A stretch of 64,000 nt of DNA from Candidatus Poribacteria bacterium (GTDB taxonomy: Bacteria > Poribacteria > WGA-4E > PCPOR2b), in NCBI GenBank assembly GCA_965208325.1, contig OZ242326.1, positions 3,040,001 to 3,104,000 on the forward strand, in the 5' to 3' direction. Positions within the stretch are counted from its first letter, which is position 1. Every line of letters begins with the position of its first letter. The notes beneath the pieces are model-generated. The model saw nothing but the letters and a program-made list of their open reading frames with translations. It had not been told where the DNA came from and made no database searches. Both the position numbers and the translations under genes were made by a program. This document shows, in pieces, positions 29,716 through 39,963 of the stretch.

Positions 29716-30720
29716 TCAATTGCCTCGTCTTAACTGCTTAAGCCACCCCCACGCCAACGGGCGTTTCTCAACCGGTGAAACGGAAAACGCTCGGACAAAA
29801 TCAGGGTCAAACCACGCTGGAGAGCCGTGGATTACCCCGATGTCCGGCAACATCGGGTGTGCGACTAGCTCATCATCTTTGTCTACTTCCGCGATAAAGA
29901 TGGGACTGCGGCTGATGTAGACTACCTTTTTACTGTCAGGCGACCACGAAACCTCGCGGTCATCCCATTGTCCAATAGCGTCTTTCCGAACCCCGGAAAT
30001 CTGCCTGAGATTCTCGCCCTGGGGATCCATCACGAAGATATCGCCGTTGCCATTCCTTTGCGAGGACCACACAATCCACTTGCCGTCCGGCGACCACTTC
30101 GGTTGAATTTCCTTCCCGCGAGTGTTCGTCAGATTCCGCGGCTCATCTCCATTCGCTTCCATCACCCAGATGTCGCCAAGCGATTTACCCCGCTTGGTAG
30201 CAAAGGCTATCTGCCGGCCGTCCGGCGACCAGGTGGGTTGAGTGTCCGGGGCGGGGTCGTTTGTGAGGTTTTCCAAAACCTTACCCACTAGATTCATCAC
30301 CTGGATTTCAAGGTTCCCATCCCTGTCCGACGCGAACGCAAGCCTACGGCCGCTAGGGTGCCACGTCGGCCAACTATCTTCCCCTTCGTGGTCAGTTAGT
30401 CTTTTGAGTTTTTCTCCGTCGGCGTTCATCACGTAGACATCCACGTTCTTTCCCACTTGGGTGTGGAACGCAAGCTGACTGCCGTCCGGCGACCACTCCA
30501 TCCCCCAAGACAGCGGCGCGCCTTCTATTTTCAAAATTGAGCGCGGGTCTCCGCCATCGGGGTCTATATACCATATTGCATTATTGCCTCCTGAATCGCT
30601 CGAGACTGCGATGGTCGGTTTTTCAGGTGCCTGCGCTTCGGTACCTGCCGCGAGCACGGCGTGAATCAACAACAGTATGCTGAAGTACACAGTCGGCATT
30701 GACACTTCTCGGGACAGCAT
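29716..30720 (-). CDS. TolB-like PD40 beta-propeller, array copy 1
   Basis: Start ATG 30720 after GAGGTG; SVSPVEKRPLAWGWLK tail. Confidence 0.88.
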   Translation of the reverse strand: MLSREVSMPTVYFSILLLIHAVLAAGTEAQAPEKPTIAVSSDSGGNNAIWYIDPDGGDPRSILKIEGAPLSWGMEWSPDGSQLAFHTQVGKNVDVYVMNADGEKLKRLTDHEGEDSWPTWHPSGRRLAFASDRDGNLEIQVMNLVGKVLENLTNDPAPDTQPTWSPDGRQIAFATKRGKSLGDIWVMEANGDEPRNLTNTRGKEIQPKWSPDGKWIVWSSQRNGNGDIFVMDPQGENLRQISGVRKDAIGQWDDREVSWSPDSKKVVYISRSPIFIAEVDKDDELVAHPMLPDIGVIHGSPAWFDPDFVRAFSVSPVEKRPLAWGWLKQLRRGN

Positions 30721-30880
30721 TTTTATCACCTCATTACAGATTTTCAATACGCGGTTTTTGCCTTCCTAGCCTTTGACCTTACCGGTTGTGGACATTCGGC
30801 CTCTTCAGTTCAATTTTTCAGCACAAATCTTGTCAGGTTTGGCGCTGCGCCCGTCTGCTCAAGACTCAAGCCGAACTTCC

Positions 30881-31294
30881 CTAGCTCACCTCGTTATCAT
30901 CCAGCACACAACCAATTACCGCCGCCACCAGCGGCTCGTCACCTACCGCGGTTATGTCGTGTTCGACCTTCGCCGGCATGTATGCGGAACTGCCCGGCCC
31001 CACAATCTTTTTCTCGTCACCCACAGTAATTTCCGCCTTGCCCGCGAAAACGTAATAGCACTGTTCCCATTTGGGATGGTGGTGACTGCCGTGTGTCTTG
31101 CCCGGCGGCCATGTATGAATGCCAATCATCAATCGATTTGTCGAAAGCTGATTCAATTCCTGCCCGTATAATTCATCAGGCCCCGCGATAATTACCGAAT
31201 ACCCCGCCTCTTCATGAGCAATCCCCGGGACCGTGTCATCGCCAAATCCCGTGAAAGTGCCTTTTGAATCCTCTGGAGTGCGAATGTATTTCAT
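30881..31294 (-). CDS. Cupin domain protein
   Basis: HHHPKWEQCYYV..G and G...YMPAKVEH cupin motifs; start at ATG 31294 after GGGGAG. Confidence 0.85.
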   Translation of the reverse strand: MKYIRTPEDSKGTFTGFGDDTVPGIAHEEAGYSVIIAGPDELYGQELNQLSTNRLMIGIHTWPPGKTHGSHHHPKWEQCYYVFAGKAEITVGDEKKIVGPGSSAYMPAKVEHDITAVGDEPLVAAVIGCVLDDNEVS

Positions 31295-31552
31295 CTTGAT
31301 TCTCCCCCTTGTATACAGCAAAATCATCACCACAACCAACCCACTGTAGAAGCAATCTCCGAATCGAGACAGCTCCGCTCATAAAAACCTCGCAGCCGCC
31401 GCTCGGCACTTGGAAATGTCAAGCATACAATTTAAACGAATCAACCGTGTAAATAACAAGGGATCAAGCGAACGAATAGTGAGTGCGATAGATTTCCACA
31501 ACCTTAACTGCCAGTAATTACTATCACGCTCACCATCCATTCGTTTAATTGG

Positions 31553-33553
31553 TTAATCCCGGTTCTGTTCCTGTCGTGCCTTTTGAATCGCTTTAAGACC
31601 CTCTTGATAGGTTCGGTTTTCCGGCTGCAAGGAGAGCGCTTGTTGAATGGCGTCCTCCGCATTCGCATAGTCGTCGTTCCGGTAATGCAACCACGACAGC
31701 GTATTTAAATAACGGGCTGAATCCGGTTGAAGTTCGACAGCCTTTTCCGCAAGTGCTAACGCCTTTTCGAGGTGCGCGTCCCGGGACCCGTATAAATGCG
31801 CCAACCGTTCATATGCAGGGTCAAAAGCAGGGTTCAGTTCAATCGCACGCTGATATGCCTGTTCTGCCAAGCCAACCCGGTTCTGCCCTGAATGGACTAG
31901 ACCGAGGTAATAGTGCGCCTCAAACATGTCCGGTTGCAGCGCTACCGCAGTATTCAGGCGTTCCGCCGCCGCATCAATCTGATTTTGACTCAAAAAAATT
32001 CTACCGAGGAAATAGTGCGCCTCAATCATTTCCGGCTGTAACCTCACCGCGGCCTCGAAGCTGTTCACCGCTGCATCAAATTGACTCTTATCCAGCGCGA
32101 TGAGACCTAGTCTATAGTATGGCTCCGCGAGACTTGGGTCTTGCTTGATAACTTCCCGGTAATGACCTGCAGCGAGCTGAAAATCCCCCTGTTTAAAATA
32201 AGCATGCGCCAGTCTTAAGCGAATCTGTAATCGATCTGGTTCAAGAGTCAGAAGTTTTTCGTAAGCCGCTTGAGACTCCTCGAATAGTTCAAGTTGAAAT
32301 GCGATACTGCCAATATTCAACCACGTCTGCGGGCTGTCCGGCTTCAACCCGGCCGCCTTGCGATAGGAAGAAATCGCCTTTTCATAGTCTTCCCGCCGGT
32401 CTGAACTTTGCGCCTTTTTAAGCCAAACCAGCCCCAACCCGCTGTGCACTGAAGCCATATCGGGCTTTAACTCGACCGCGCGCTGCTGCGCTTTAAGCGC
32501 CTCTTCCAGTTGTCCTCGGGTAGCATAGATATAACCTAGTCCGTTATGTACTGCTGCGATATCCGGATCGTGCCAAAGTGCTTGTTCAAATTGCTGCAGC
32601 GCCGCATCGAGTTTTTTTTCGTGAATGTATTTCCAGCCCAGATTCGACAACGCGGCGGCTTTTTCCCTCCCTTGAGATGCACGCAGAACCGCGAGTTCAT
32701 CTACCTGATCGTCCCGCAATTGCCGGAACTTCTTCATCTCCGCTTCTGCTTCCGCTTTTTTGCCCTGCTTAAAATGTAGCAGCGCAAGCCGGTAGTATGC
32801 GCTAGTCAATTGAGAGTCAAGACGAATTGCCTCCTGAAACGCACGCTCCGCTTCACTGCCCTCCTCCTTCCGGATGTGGACCAGTCCAAGCCGGAAATGC
32901 GCTTCCGCCAAAGAAGGTTCCAAGCGAATCGATTGCCGGTAGTATGCAGCCGCCTGATCAACCCGCCCATACTCAAATGCGACTCGGCCTAGAAAGTAAC
33001 TCACCATGCCCGCGGTCAGCGGACTCATCCGAGATTGCCGCTGGATAACTGAGGACGGTTCAAGCCGATAGTTTCGAGATTTCGACGTCGTCATCAGGTT
33101 AAACGCCTTTTTCCATGCGGTTTCCGCTTCATCATATTCGTGCTGCCGAAACCAAGCCATCCCCAACTGTGCATAGGCTTGAGCCCAATCAGGAAAGTAC
33201 CGAATGGCTTGTTCAAATACATCTATGGCTTTTTCGTAGTGCCGCTGCCGCAAATGGGTTCCCCCCAAGCAGTAGTAAGCAGCCGTGTCATTCGGATCCA
33301 ATCGCAGCGCGCCTTTGAACGTTTCTGCCGCTTCGTCCATAGCGCCCAACGACACATACGCTAGGCCCAGGTTCAGGTGGGCATCAATAGATCCTGGATT
33401 CGCATCGCGTATTTGCTGATATTGAGCAACTGCCTTGTCAAAACGAGATTTACCCTGGGCTGCCGCCATCTTGCCAAAATTCAGCAAGATAACTGTAAAA
33501 AAAGCGCCGATGATGAAATAGGTACAATTTCTTGAAGGCGAGTGATAATTCAA
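31553..33553 (-). CDS. Secreted/anchored tetratricopeptide repeat protein
   Basis: Hydrophobic N-terminus followed by many TPRs (AH..LG..Y ... A..L.P). Confidence 0.9.
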   Translation of the reverse strand: MNYHSPSRNCTYFIIGAFFTVILLNFGKMAAAQGKSRFDKAVAQYQQIRDANPGSIDAHLNLGLAYVSLGAMDEAAETFKGALRLDPNDTAAYYCLGGTHLRQRHYEKAIDVFEQAIRYFPDWAQAYAQLGMAWFRQHEYDEAETAWKKAFNLMTTSKSRNYRLEPSSVIQRQSRMSPLTAGMVSYFLGRVAFEYGRVDQAAAYYRQSIRLEPSLAEAHFRLGLVHIRKEEGSEAERAFQEAIRLDSQLTSAYYRLALLHFKQGKKAEAEAEMKKFRQLRDDQVDELAVLRASQGREKAAALSNLGWKYIHEKKLDAALQQFEQALWHDPDIAAVHNGLGYIYATRGQLEEALKAQQRAVELKPDMASVHSGLGLVWLKKAQSSDRREDYEKAISSYRKAAGLKPDSPQTWLNIGSIAFQLELFEESQAAYEKLLTLEPDRLQIRLRLAHAYFKQGDFQLAAGHYREVIKQDPSLAEPYYRLGLIALDKSQFDAAVNSFEAAVRLQPEMIEAHYFLGRIFLSQNQIDAAAERLNTAVALQPDMFEAHYYLGLVHSGQNRVGLAEQAYQRAIELNPAFDPAYERLAHLYGSRDAHLEKALALAEKAVELQPDSARYLNTLSWLHYRNDDYANAEDAIQQALSLQPENRTYQEGLKAIQKARQEQNRD

Positions 33554-33714
33554 GGCCGTCCCTCAACTCCGCACCTGAACACGGTGCACGTTTCGCATCT
33601 CAGAGTGGCAAAAAACACCTCTCCAAATCCATGTGCGCTTGAACGCATGGCACTATCCGTTTCTTATTCTCTAGCAACGCTTATCCGGGGTAATATTGAG
33701 GTGCTAAACTATGC

Positions 33715-34557
33715 CTATCCGGTTGACGCGGGAACTTGTCTATGAAATCCTTTGGGTTTCCACATGATTGGATAACCCGGCGGCCAACCTTCGCCGCCCA
33801 AAACCGCTTTGAATTCATCAGTTAATCCGCAGAGCCAGTAAAACATCTCCGCAGCGTCATACCAATCGCGAAACTGCTGCCGAAAGTTGGGACCGTCTAG
33901 ACTGTATATAGGGGTGTGATCGTGCCCGAAGTCAAAGTCGGGTTCGATAATCCAATCCCGCTGCGGCGGCGTCGTTCGCCAGTAGCAGTATTTCAGCATA
34001 TTACGAATACCGCTTGCTGTGGACTCCGAACGGCGATGCCATATCGAATAAACCGTGAGAAAAATCGATCCTGCGGGCGCGGCGGTTTTAACCCTGCCTT
34101 GAATCCCCCCGTAGTGCGACATCCAACTCTGTAAGCAAAAGAAAAAGTGGGAGCCCGGCACCACTTCCGTGGGCCCCATCTCCACCGGTGCATCCTGCGG
34201 GTAATAGAATACCTGCAAATGATTCAGTTCCGGCGCATAACGTGAGCCGCCGTCGCGGTGCCAATTCTGATTTGGAGCCGGGCATTCCATTCGATGGTTA
34301 GCCATCCCCTTGGGTAGCGCAAAGTTCTTGCCCAGCAATGAACGCACCGCACCCGCTGCCTCGTGATTGAGCAGCACCTCGTCCACAAACCACTCCTCCT
34401 GCAGAAGGGGGCCGTGGCCATGGGTTTCAATGAATTCAAACGTTTTCCGGTTAATCTCATCTGGAACAACGGCCTCCAACATTACATAGCCGTTCTTGCA
34501 GAATTCCAATACCTGCGTATCGGTCAAGGTTGGTTCACAGTCGTTCGTACTTTTCAA
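33715..34557 (-). CDS. Phytanoyl-CoA dioxygenase (PhyH) family protein
   Basis: F..NGY, WHRD, GPTEVVPGSH, AGS, WHRR; TTG start after GGAGGAGG. Confidence 0.88.
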   Translation of the reverse strand: MKSTNDCEPTLTDTQVLEFCKNGYVMLEAVVPDEINRKTFEFIETHGHGPLLQEEWFVDEVLLNHEAAGAVRSLLGKNFALPKGMANHRMECPAPNQNWHRDGGSRYAPELNHLQVFYYPQDAPVEMGPTEVVPGSHFFFCLQSWMSHYGGIQGRVKTAAPAGSIFLTVYSIWHRRSESTASGIRNMLKYCYWRTTPPQRDWIIEPDFDFGHDHTPIYSLDGPNFRQQFRDWYDAAEMFYWLCGLTDEFKAVLGGEGWPPGYPIMWKPKGFHRQVPASTG

Positions 34558-34578
34558 AGTAAGCCTCCTCCAAACAAA

Positions 34579-34607
34579 ATTTTACACGAATTTCAGCTTT
34601 TTGTCAA
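34579..34607 (-). promoter_or_regulatory. sigma70-type promoter of the PhyH gene
   Basis: Minus strand TTGACA-17 nt-TAAAAT. Confidence 0.65.
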
Positions 34608-34873
34608 GATCAGCAAACTACATCAATACACTGAAGGATTTTTTTGAAATTTCCAGCGGCATACACTTCAATTGCCATGTTATAAAAATGATAAATTTTC
34701 CTTATCGGTTTGTGGGAGAGGCTTCCTAGCCTCGATCGTAAATCACTCATCGTATAAATGCCCACCCAGAAGATTCCAATTCAGCACAAACTCCGAATTT
34801 TGCTCAGAATGGCAAAGCCGAATTTCTATTGCAATAGGGAGCCTTTCCACGTATAATATTTCGCTTAAAGACT

Positions 34874-34898
34874 GTAGGAGCGATCTCCGAATCGCGAC
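34874..34898 (+). repeat. GTAG-type REP family (GTAG + short palindrome), representative copy
   Basis: GTAGGAGCGATCTCCGAATCGCGAC; relatives at 6859, 15162, 16214, 18848, 21080, 31346, 34712, 37174, 38954, 39052(-), 43331, 44412, 49245 and 49342(-). Confidence 0.8.
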
Positions 34899-34983
34899 TT
34901 CTTCATTAGCAAGAACTACGTCCAAATCGCGGCATCTTAATACCTAGAAACTTTCCCCGAACCGCGGCATTTATTTTAAACTC

Positions 34984-36744
34984 ATGCAAATCTCGCTCCA
35001 ATGCTTTCCCTCCCAAATGCCAGCCAATAACCGCAGTTGGATCACAACACCCGGCACACGCGTTCAATTCCACGCCTACAGCCTCTTGTTCACAATCTAT
35101 TGCCTTACGCTTTTTCTTGCCAGCACATTCGCTGCCGCGGATGCCGACGTTCAATTCGTCGATGTTACGCAATCTGCGGGCATCCATTTTAATCATGTCG
35201 ATGGGCGAAGCGGACAAAAATTTTTCATGGAAACCATTGGTTCCGGCGCTGCATTTTTTGACTATGATAATGATGGATACCCGGATCTGTATTTCGTAAA
35301 CGGCGCCCCTTTACCGGGATATCAGAGCGCAGAAGCGCCAATCAACCAACTCTACCGAAACAACGGGGACGGTACCTTTACTGATGTAACCGAAAAGGCA
35401 GGTGTGGGCGACACTAGCTACGGGCACGGCTGCGCTGTCGGCGATTACAATGGTGACGGTTATCTCGACCTCTACGTTACAAATTACGGCTCAAATGTCC
35501 TCTTTCGAAACAACGGGGATGGTACTTTCACCGATGTAACAGAGGACGCCCGCGTGGGAGAACCGAAATGGAGCAGCAGTTGTGCATTCGCCGACTATGA
35601 CCGCGATGGAGACCTCGATCTCTATGTTGTCAATTATATTGAGTTTAGAATTGAAAACAACCCATGGTGCGGTCGAAAGGATAAGGGGATCAGAGGCTAC
35701 TGCCAACCTGACGATTTTCTAGGGCTGCCCGATACACTCTATCAGAATAATGGTGATGGCACATTCACCGATGTCACGCGGAATTCTGAAATTTACAATC
35801 CGGACGGGAAAGGCTTGGGGGCGGTGTGGGGCGATTACGACAATGATGGGTATCCGGACATCTACGTCGCCAATGACTCTACAGAGAACTTCTTATTCAA
35901 GAATAAAGGCAACGGCAAATTTGAAGAAGTCGGCTTCTTCATCGGCGTCGCGTTCAGCGACGTTGGTGTCGCCGAGAACGGTATGGGCACAGCTTTTGGC
36001 GACTGGGACAACGATGGGTGGTTGGATTTAACTGTTACTAACTACGCAGATCAGGCAAACACGCTCTATCGTAATGACCAAGCTAGCTTTTTCACCGACG
36101 TGTCGTCCGCGTCGAAAACGGCGATTGTTAGCTATCCATATCTCGGTTGGGCGACAGAATTTATCGATTACGACAACGATGGCTACCTAGACCTGTTTGT
36201 CGCCAACGGACACCTCCACGATAATCTCGAAGAGATGGGACAAGACGGCACCTATGTGCAGCGAAACTTCATGTTCCGAAATAATCGAGACGGCACTTTC
36301 GTTGAAATCTCCAACCAACTAGGTCCCGGCATGCGGCTGGAGGATGTCAGCCGCGGCGCGGCGTTCGCCGACTACGATTTGGACGGAGACATTGATATTC
36401 TGGTAACCAACTCCAACAGCCGCCCCCGCCTCTTGCGCAATGATGGGGCAAACAAGAACAATTGGTTGGCTGTCAAGTTAATTGGAACAAATGGAGTCAC
36501 AGACGCAATCGGTGCGCGTGTGACGCTCAATATGGGTGAATTTTCCCAAATGAAAGAGGTCCGTAGCGGTTCAGGTTATTTATCGCAAAACGAACTTAAA
36601 CTCCTGTTTGGCCTCGGTAAGGCCGCCGCTGTTTCGAACATAGAAATCCGATGGCCAAACGGAGAAAAGCAACACCTAAAAAACATCGTCGCAAACCAGT
36701 GCATCATTATTACCCAAGGCGGCGGCTGGAAGCGAAAAAGATAA
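34984..36744 (+). CDS. CRTAC1/ASPIC-UnbV family FG-GAP repeat protein
   Basis: Repeated DYDNDG..DLYV.N ... RNNGDGTFTDV; C-terminal AIGARV..SGSGYLSQ..LFGLG; true start may lie downstream. Confidence 0.9.
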   Translation: MQISLQCFPSQMPANNRSWITTPGTRVQFHAYSLLFTIYCLTLFLASTFAAADADVQFVDVTQSAGIHFNHVDGRSGQKFFMETIGSGAAFFDYDNDGYPDLYFVNGAPLPGYQSAEAPINQLYRNNGDGTFTDVTEKAGVGDTSYGHGCAVGDYNGDGYLDLYVTNYGSNVLFRNNGDGTFTDVTEDARVGEPKWSSSCAFADYDRDGDLDLYVVNYIEFRIENNPWCGRKDKGIRGYCQPDDFLGLPDTLYQNNGDGTFTDVTRNSEIYNPDGKGLGAVWGDYDNDGYPDIYVANDSTENFLFKNKGNGKFEEVGFFIGVAFSDVGVAENGMGTAFGDWDNDGWLDLTVTNYADQANTLYRNDQASFFTDVSSASKTAIVSYPYLGWATEFIDYDNDGYLDLFVANGHLHDNLEEMGQDGTYVQRNFMFRNNRDGTFVEISNQLGPGMRLEDVSRGAAFADYDLDGDIDILVTNSNSRPRLLRNDGANKNNWLAVKLIGTNGVTDAIGARVTLNMGEFSQMKEVRSGSGYLSQNELKLLFGLGKAAAVSNIEIRWPNGEKQHLKNIVANQCIIITQGGGWKRKR

Positions 36745-36807
36745 CACATAGCTCAATCTAAATCTATCTTGTCTCCCGTAGTCTGCATTCCTGAGCGTAA
36801 ACCTCCT

Positions 36808-37128
36808 TCATTCCGGCACATTGATTTCCATACTCAACAACAGAAACGAATATGACTTCCCGTGCATATCGAGCGCTAACGATTTGGTCACCCCGCCCCC
36901 CAAACAATTTTCGAGTACGAAATTCAGCGCTGAAACGTTCGGCACTTCATAGCGTACAATCTCGCCGTGGCAAATGTCTTTGAACAATGCTCGAACCCGT
37001 TCCACCGTGACTTCACGGCACACCAGGTCGTAATCTTCCTCCCGGTACGGGATGACCGACAGATTCACCGCATCTCCTTTATCGCCCGATCGGCTGTGCG
37101 CTATTTCACGTAGTTGGACTCTTTTCAT
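36808..37128 (-). CDS. AtuA-related small protein (AtuA C-terminal-like domain)
   Basis: IAHSRSGDKGD, V.RYEVPN..ALNFV...LGGG...SL..D.HGKS. Confidence 0.8.
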   Translation of the reverse strand: MKRVQLREIAHSRSGDKGDAVNLSVIPYREEDYDLVCREVTVERVRALFKDICHGEIVRYEVPNVSALNFVLENCLGGGVTKSLALDMHGKSYSFLLLSMEINVPE

Positions 37129-37266
37129 CCGCCGCCTCTATATTCAATTCCATTCATATTTACACATGTTTCGGTAGGTGAGGTTTCCAACCGCACCTAC
37201 CGCAGTGTATAGGTAATTATAGGTTTTACTTTATTATTGGGAATTAAAACCTTCCCCGGCCAATCT

Positions 37267-38850
37267 TTACTTCGAACCGTTTGGATTAATCGGGGCCGCG
37301 GTTTGCCCATTCACCAACAGACGTACCGCAAGCCCAAACGTATGTGTGAACAGGCGCCCTTTTTCTTGAAGGTGCCAGTTTTCCAAAAGGCATGCGTTGA
37401 GAGATTGTGCATCAATCTCGATGGCATCGTCGTGGATATTGACTTTCACGCCCTGAACAACCGATTTGTGTTGATGGTCTAGTGCATCCGCAATCCGCAA
37501 AATAGCAGCCAGCTTCGTTACCCGTTCCTTGTCTGCAATCGAAAGCGCCTGAAAATGAGCGTGCTTCTGTTCGTTGGGGAACGCTTTGCGATGATAACGA
37601 GCGATATTGGCGATGAGTTCAAGTTGCTGTGGCTGAAGCCCAACAATCTCCGAATTTGATATCAAATAATACGAGTGTTTATGGTGGGCGCTCGAGTTGA
37701 TATATCCGCCAATTTCATGCAGTGTCGCAGCTACACGCAGAAGCATTCGAAATTCCCGTGACAACTGATGCAGAGGTTGCAACTGATCAAATAGTAACTC
37801 CGCCAAATAACGCACCTGTTGTGCATGCCCCACATGAAACTGGTACTTGTGCCCAAGTGCGGCCGCCGCTTTCAAGATTTCCCCTTCTTCCAATGTCGTG
37901 TCCCACGAATTTCGGAAGCGATCGACCATCTCTGCAAGCACACCATCCTTGAGCCCGACATTCGCGGCATATAGCCCTCGCGCACCTACAACATTACTCA
38001 GCACTTCGGTGAGCACTAGGCATGCCGGCAGAATGACGTCCGCCCGATCTGCGCGCATGTCGTACCGATTCATACGTTCACCCACGCTCTGTTTGGAAAT
38101 CTCTTTGACGAAACGCCGAAAATCACGCAATGGAATAAAACTAACATCTTCCGGAAAACCGTTACCTTCGATTTCAGCCATCCCTATTTGTCTGCCAATC
38201 TCTTCAACATTGCCGCCGGTGCCCAGCACCAAATCAATTTTGTAAGTGTTGATTGCATCCAAAGTCGTTTCAAGCAGTTGCTCCATGTAAGCCTTTAGCA
38301 GTAATACCTGAAGGTCGGAGATGGTATCAGTTCGCAAAAAGGTCTCGCACAACCGCACCGTTCCTAATCGCAGGCTGTTGGAGTAGACAATCGAACCGTG
38401 GTCGATGACATCGAACTCAACACTTCCGCCCCCGATGTCGATGACCAGAGCGATTTTGTCGTGCAGATTGATTTTACGGGTTACCGCGATTTGCACCAGG
38501 CGGGCTTCCTCCCCGCCGGAAATTCGCTCCAATTGGATGCCTGAACTACTGTAAATGCGTTTTACAAAATTATCGCCGTTGATAGCTTCACGCGCCGCGC
38601 TAGTCGCAATGGCGCGGGTGGAATGGACTTTCGACCGCTTGAGGACATCTCGGAATTCTCCAAACGCCTCAATCGCTTTCTGGATCGCGTCTTCAGCTAA
38701 AAAACCCGTCAAGAAAACTTCATGCCCTAAACGCACAGGGGCGCGGCATTGATAAATTGGTTCAACGGACCCATCTCCCCGCACTTCAACAATTTTCAGC
38801 CGCATTGCGTTGGATCCAACGTCAATGGCGGCAAACGATGCACTTTCCAT
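37267..38850 (-). CDS. ppx: Ppx/GppA exopolyphosphatase with HD-like C-terminal domain
   Basis: AAIDVGSN, ATSAAREA.N, EEA, DIGGGS.E, RADVI, H.KHS, RYHRK. Confidence 0.92.
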   Translation of the reverse strand: MESASFAAIDVGSNAMRLKIVEVRGDGSVEPIYQCRAPVRLGHEVFLTGFLAEDAIQKAIEAFGEFRDVLKRSKVHSTRAIATSAAREAINGDNFVKRIYSSSGIQLERISGGEEARLVQIAVTRKINLHDKIALVIDIGGGSVEFDVIDHGSIVYSNSLRLGTVRLCETFLRTDTISDLQVLLLKAYMEQLLETTLDAINTYKIDLVLGTGGNVEEIGRQIGMAEIEGNGFPEDVSFIPLRDFRRFVKEISKQSVGERMNRYDMRADRADVILPACLVLTEVLSNVVGARGLYAANVGLKDGVLAEMVDRFRNSWDTTLEEGEILKAAAALGHKYQFHVGHAQQVRYLAELLFDQLQPLHQLSREFRMLLRVAATLHEIGGYINSSAHHKHSYYLISNSEIVGLQPQQLELIANIARYHRKAFPNEQKHAHFQALSIADKERVTKLAAILRIADALDHQHKSVVQGVKVNIHDDAIEIDAQSLNACLLENWHLQEKGRLFTHTFGLAVRLLVNGQTAAPINPNGSK

Positions 38851-39178
38851 ATTTTTCCCTTAACTCCCAACAAATTTACACGCCGTGAGTTTAGCACATC
38901 CCCCTCGCCAGGTCAATTCAATCCAAGCAAACTTGAATTCGCAAATTGTAACCGTAGGGGTGAGGTTCCCTCGCCCACTGACCGGCGTATGCAATCAACT
39001 CCCAACCATGCAGGTTGAACCGTGTGAAATCGCGTCTGATGTGTGAATGACGGGTAGGGCAACCCAACCCCTACGAAAGGGTTATGTGTTTGTGCACTAC
39101 TCTTAATTGACCGATTGCAGTGAATTGTCACCAAAACCCAATACAAGGATAAGAAATCCTTATTATCCGGCAGACCGA

Positions 39179-39207
39179 TTGACATCAATCCAAAATTCGT
39201 GTAAAAT
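39179..39207 (+). promoter_or_regulatory. sigma70-type promoter of the BMC vertex genes
   Basis: TTGACA-17 nt-TAAAAT. Confidence 0.65.
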
Positions 39208-39252
39208 GACAGCGCTAAACATCAAATAGTATACCCTTCCCCAGCAAGTACC

Positions 39253-39534
39253 ATGGATATTGGAAAAATCATCGGAACTGTAGTTGCCACTCAAAAAGAC
39301 CCGAGCTTAACCGGGACGCGGCTGCTAGTTGTACAACCTCTCGATGCGAACGGCAAATCTGTGGCATCCCCCCTTATCGCGGTTGACCCGCACGGCGCCG
39401 CCGGCTATGGCGATACCATCTATATGGTCACGGGCGGTGACGCCATTGGCGTAATGTCGGGGCGTGAAATGCCCGTCGACGTTGCTGTTGTCGGAATCGT
39501 GGATTCCATGACCGTAGCAAAAGCAGAGGATTGA
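39253..39534 (+). CDS. EutN/CcmL bacterial microcompartment vertex protein
   Basis: GKIIGTVVATQKD..L.G..LL.VQ..AVD..A.VGIVD. Confidence 0.92.
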   Translation: MDIGKIIGTVVATQKDPSLTGTRLLVVQPLDANGKSVASPLIAVDPHGAAGYGDTIYMVTGGDAIGVMSGREMPVDVAVVGIVDSMTVAKAED

Positions 39535-39536
39535 GG

Positions 39537-39833
39537 ATGTATATCGCAGAAGTAATCGGTAAGATTGTCTCGGTGATTAAACACTCTGCTTACGAGAATC
39601 GAACCCTATTACTCATTCAACCTTTGAATTTAGAATCCAAACCCGTCAAAACCCCGACAATCGCTGTTGATTACGTCGGAGCCGGCGAAGGCGACATCGT
39701 CCTCGTTGGGGCAGGGCCGGGCGTGGCTCAGGAGGTCTTTGGCGTCCAAGATGCACCGATTAGAGAACTTGTAATGGGCATTATTGATCGATTTGACGTT
39801 GATGCAATTGACGCAACCGGGTACAAAAGTTAG
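39537..39833 (+). CDS. Second EutN/CcmL microcompartment vertex protein
   Basis: AEVIGKIVS..K..AVDYVGAGEGDIVLV..GIID. Confidence 0.9.
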   Translation: MYIAEVIGKIVSVIKHSAYENRTLLLIQPLNLESKPVKTPTIAVDYVGAGEGDIVLVGAGPGVAQEVFGVQDAPIRELVMGIIDRFDVDAIDATGYKS

Positions 39834-39963
39834 CAAAATGTGAAATCATCTAACACCTTTCTACGTTGTATACTTGCGCACAACATATAAATCGTTCTAA
39901 TCCGGGCGTTAACTGATTATTCTAATCGTCAACTTGCATCAATCAACATAAGGAAACCGTACC

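Noticed and set aside
21156..30720. Tol-Pal operon or DGR-diversified array
   Set aside because: No tolQ/R/A or pal, no reverse transcriptase, and no template/variable repeat pair with adenine-specific differences seen
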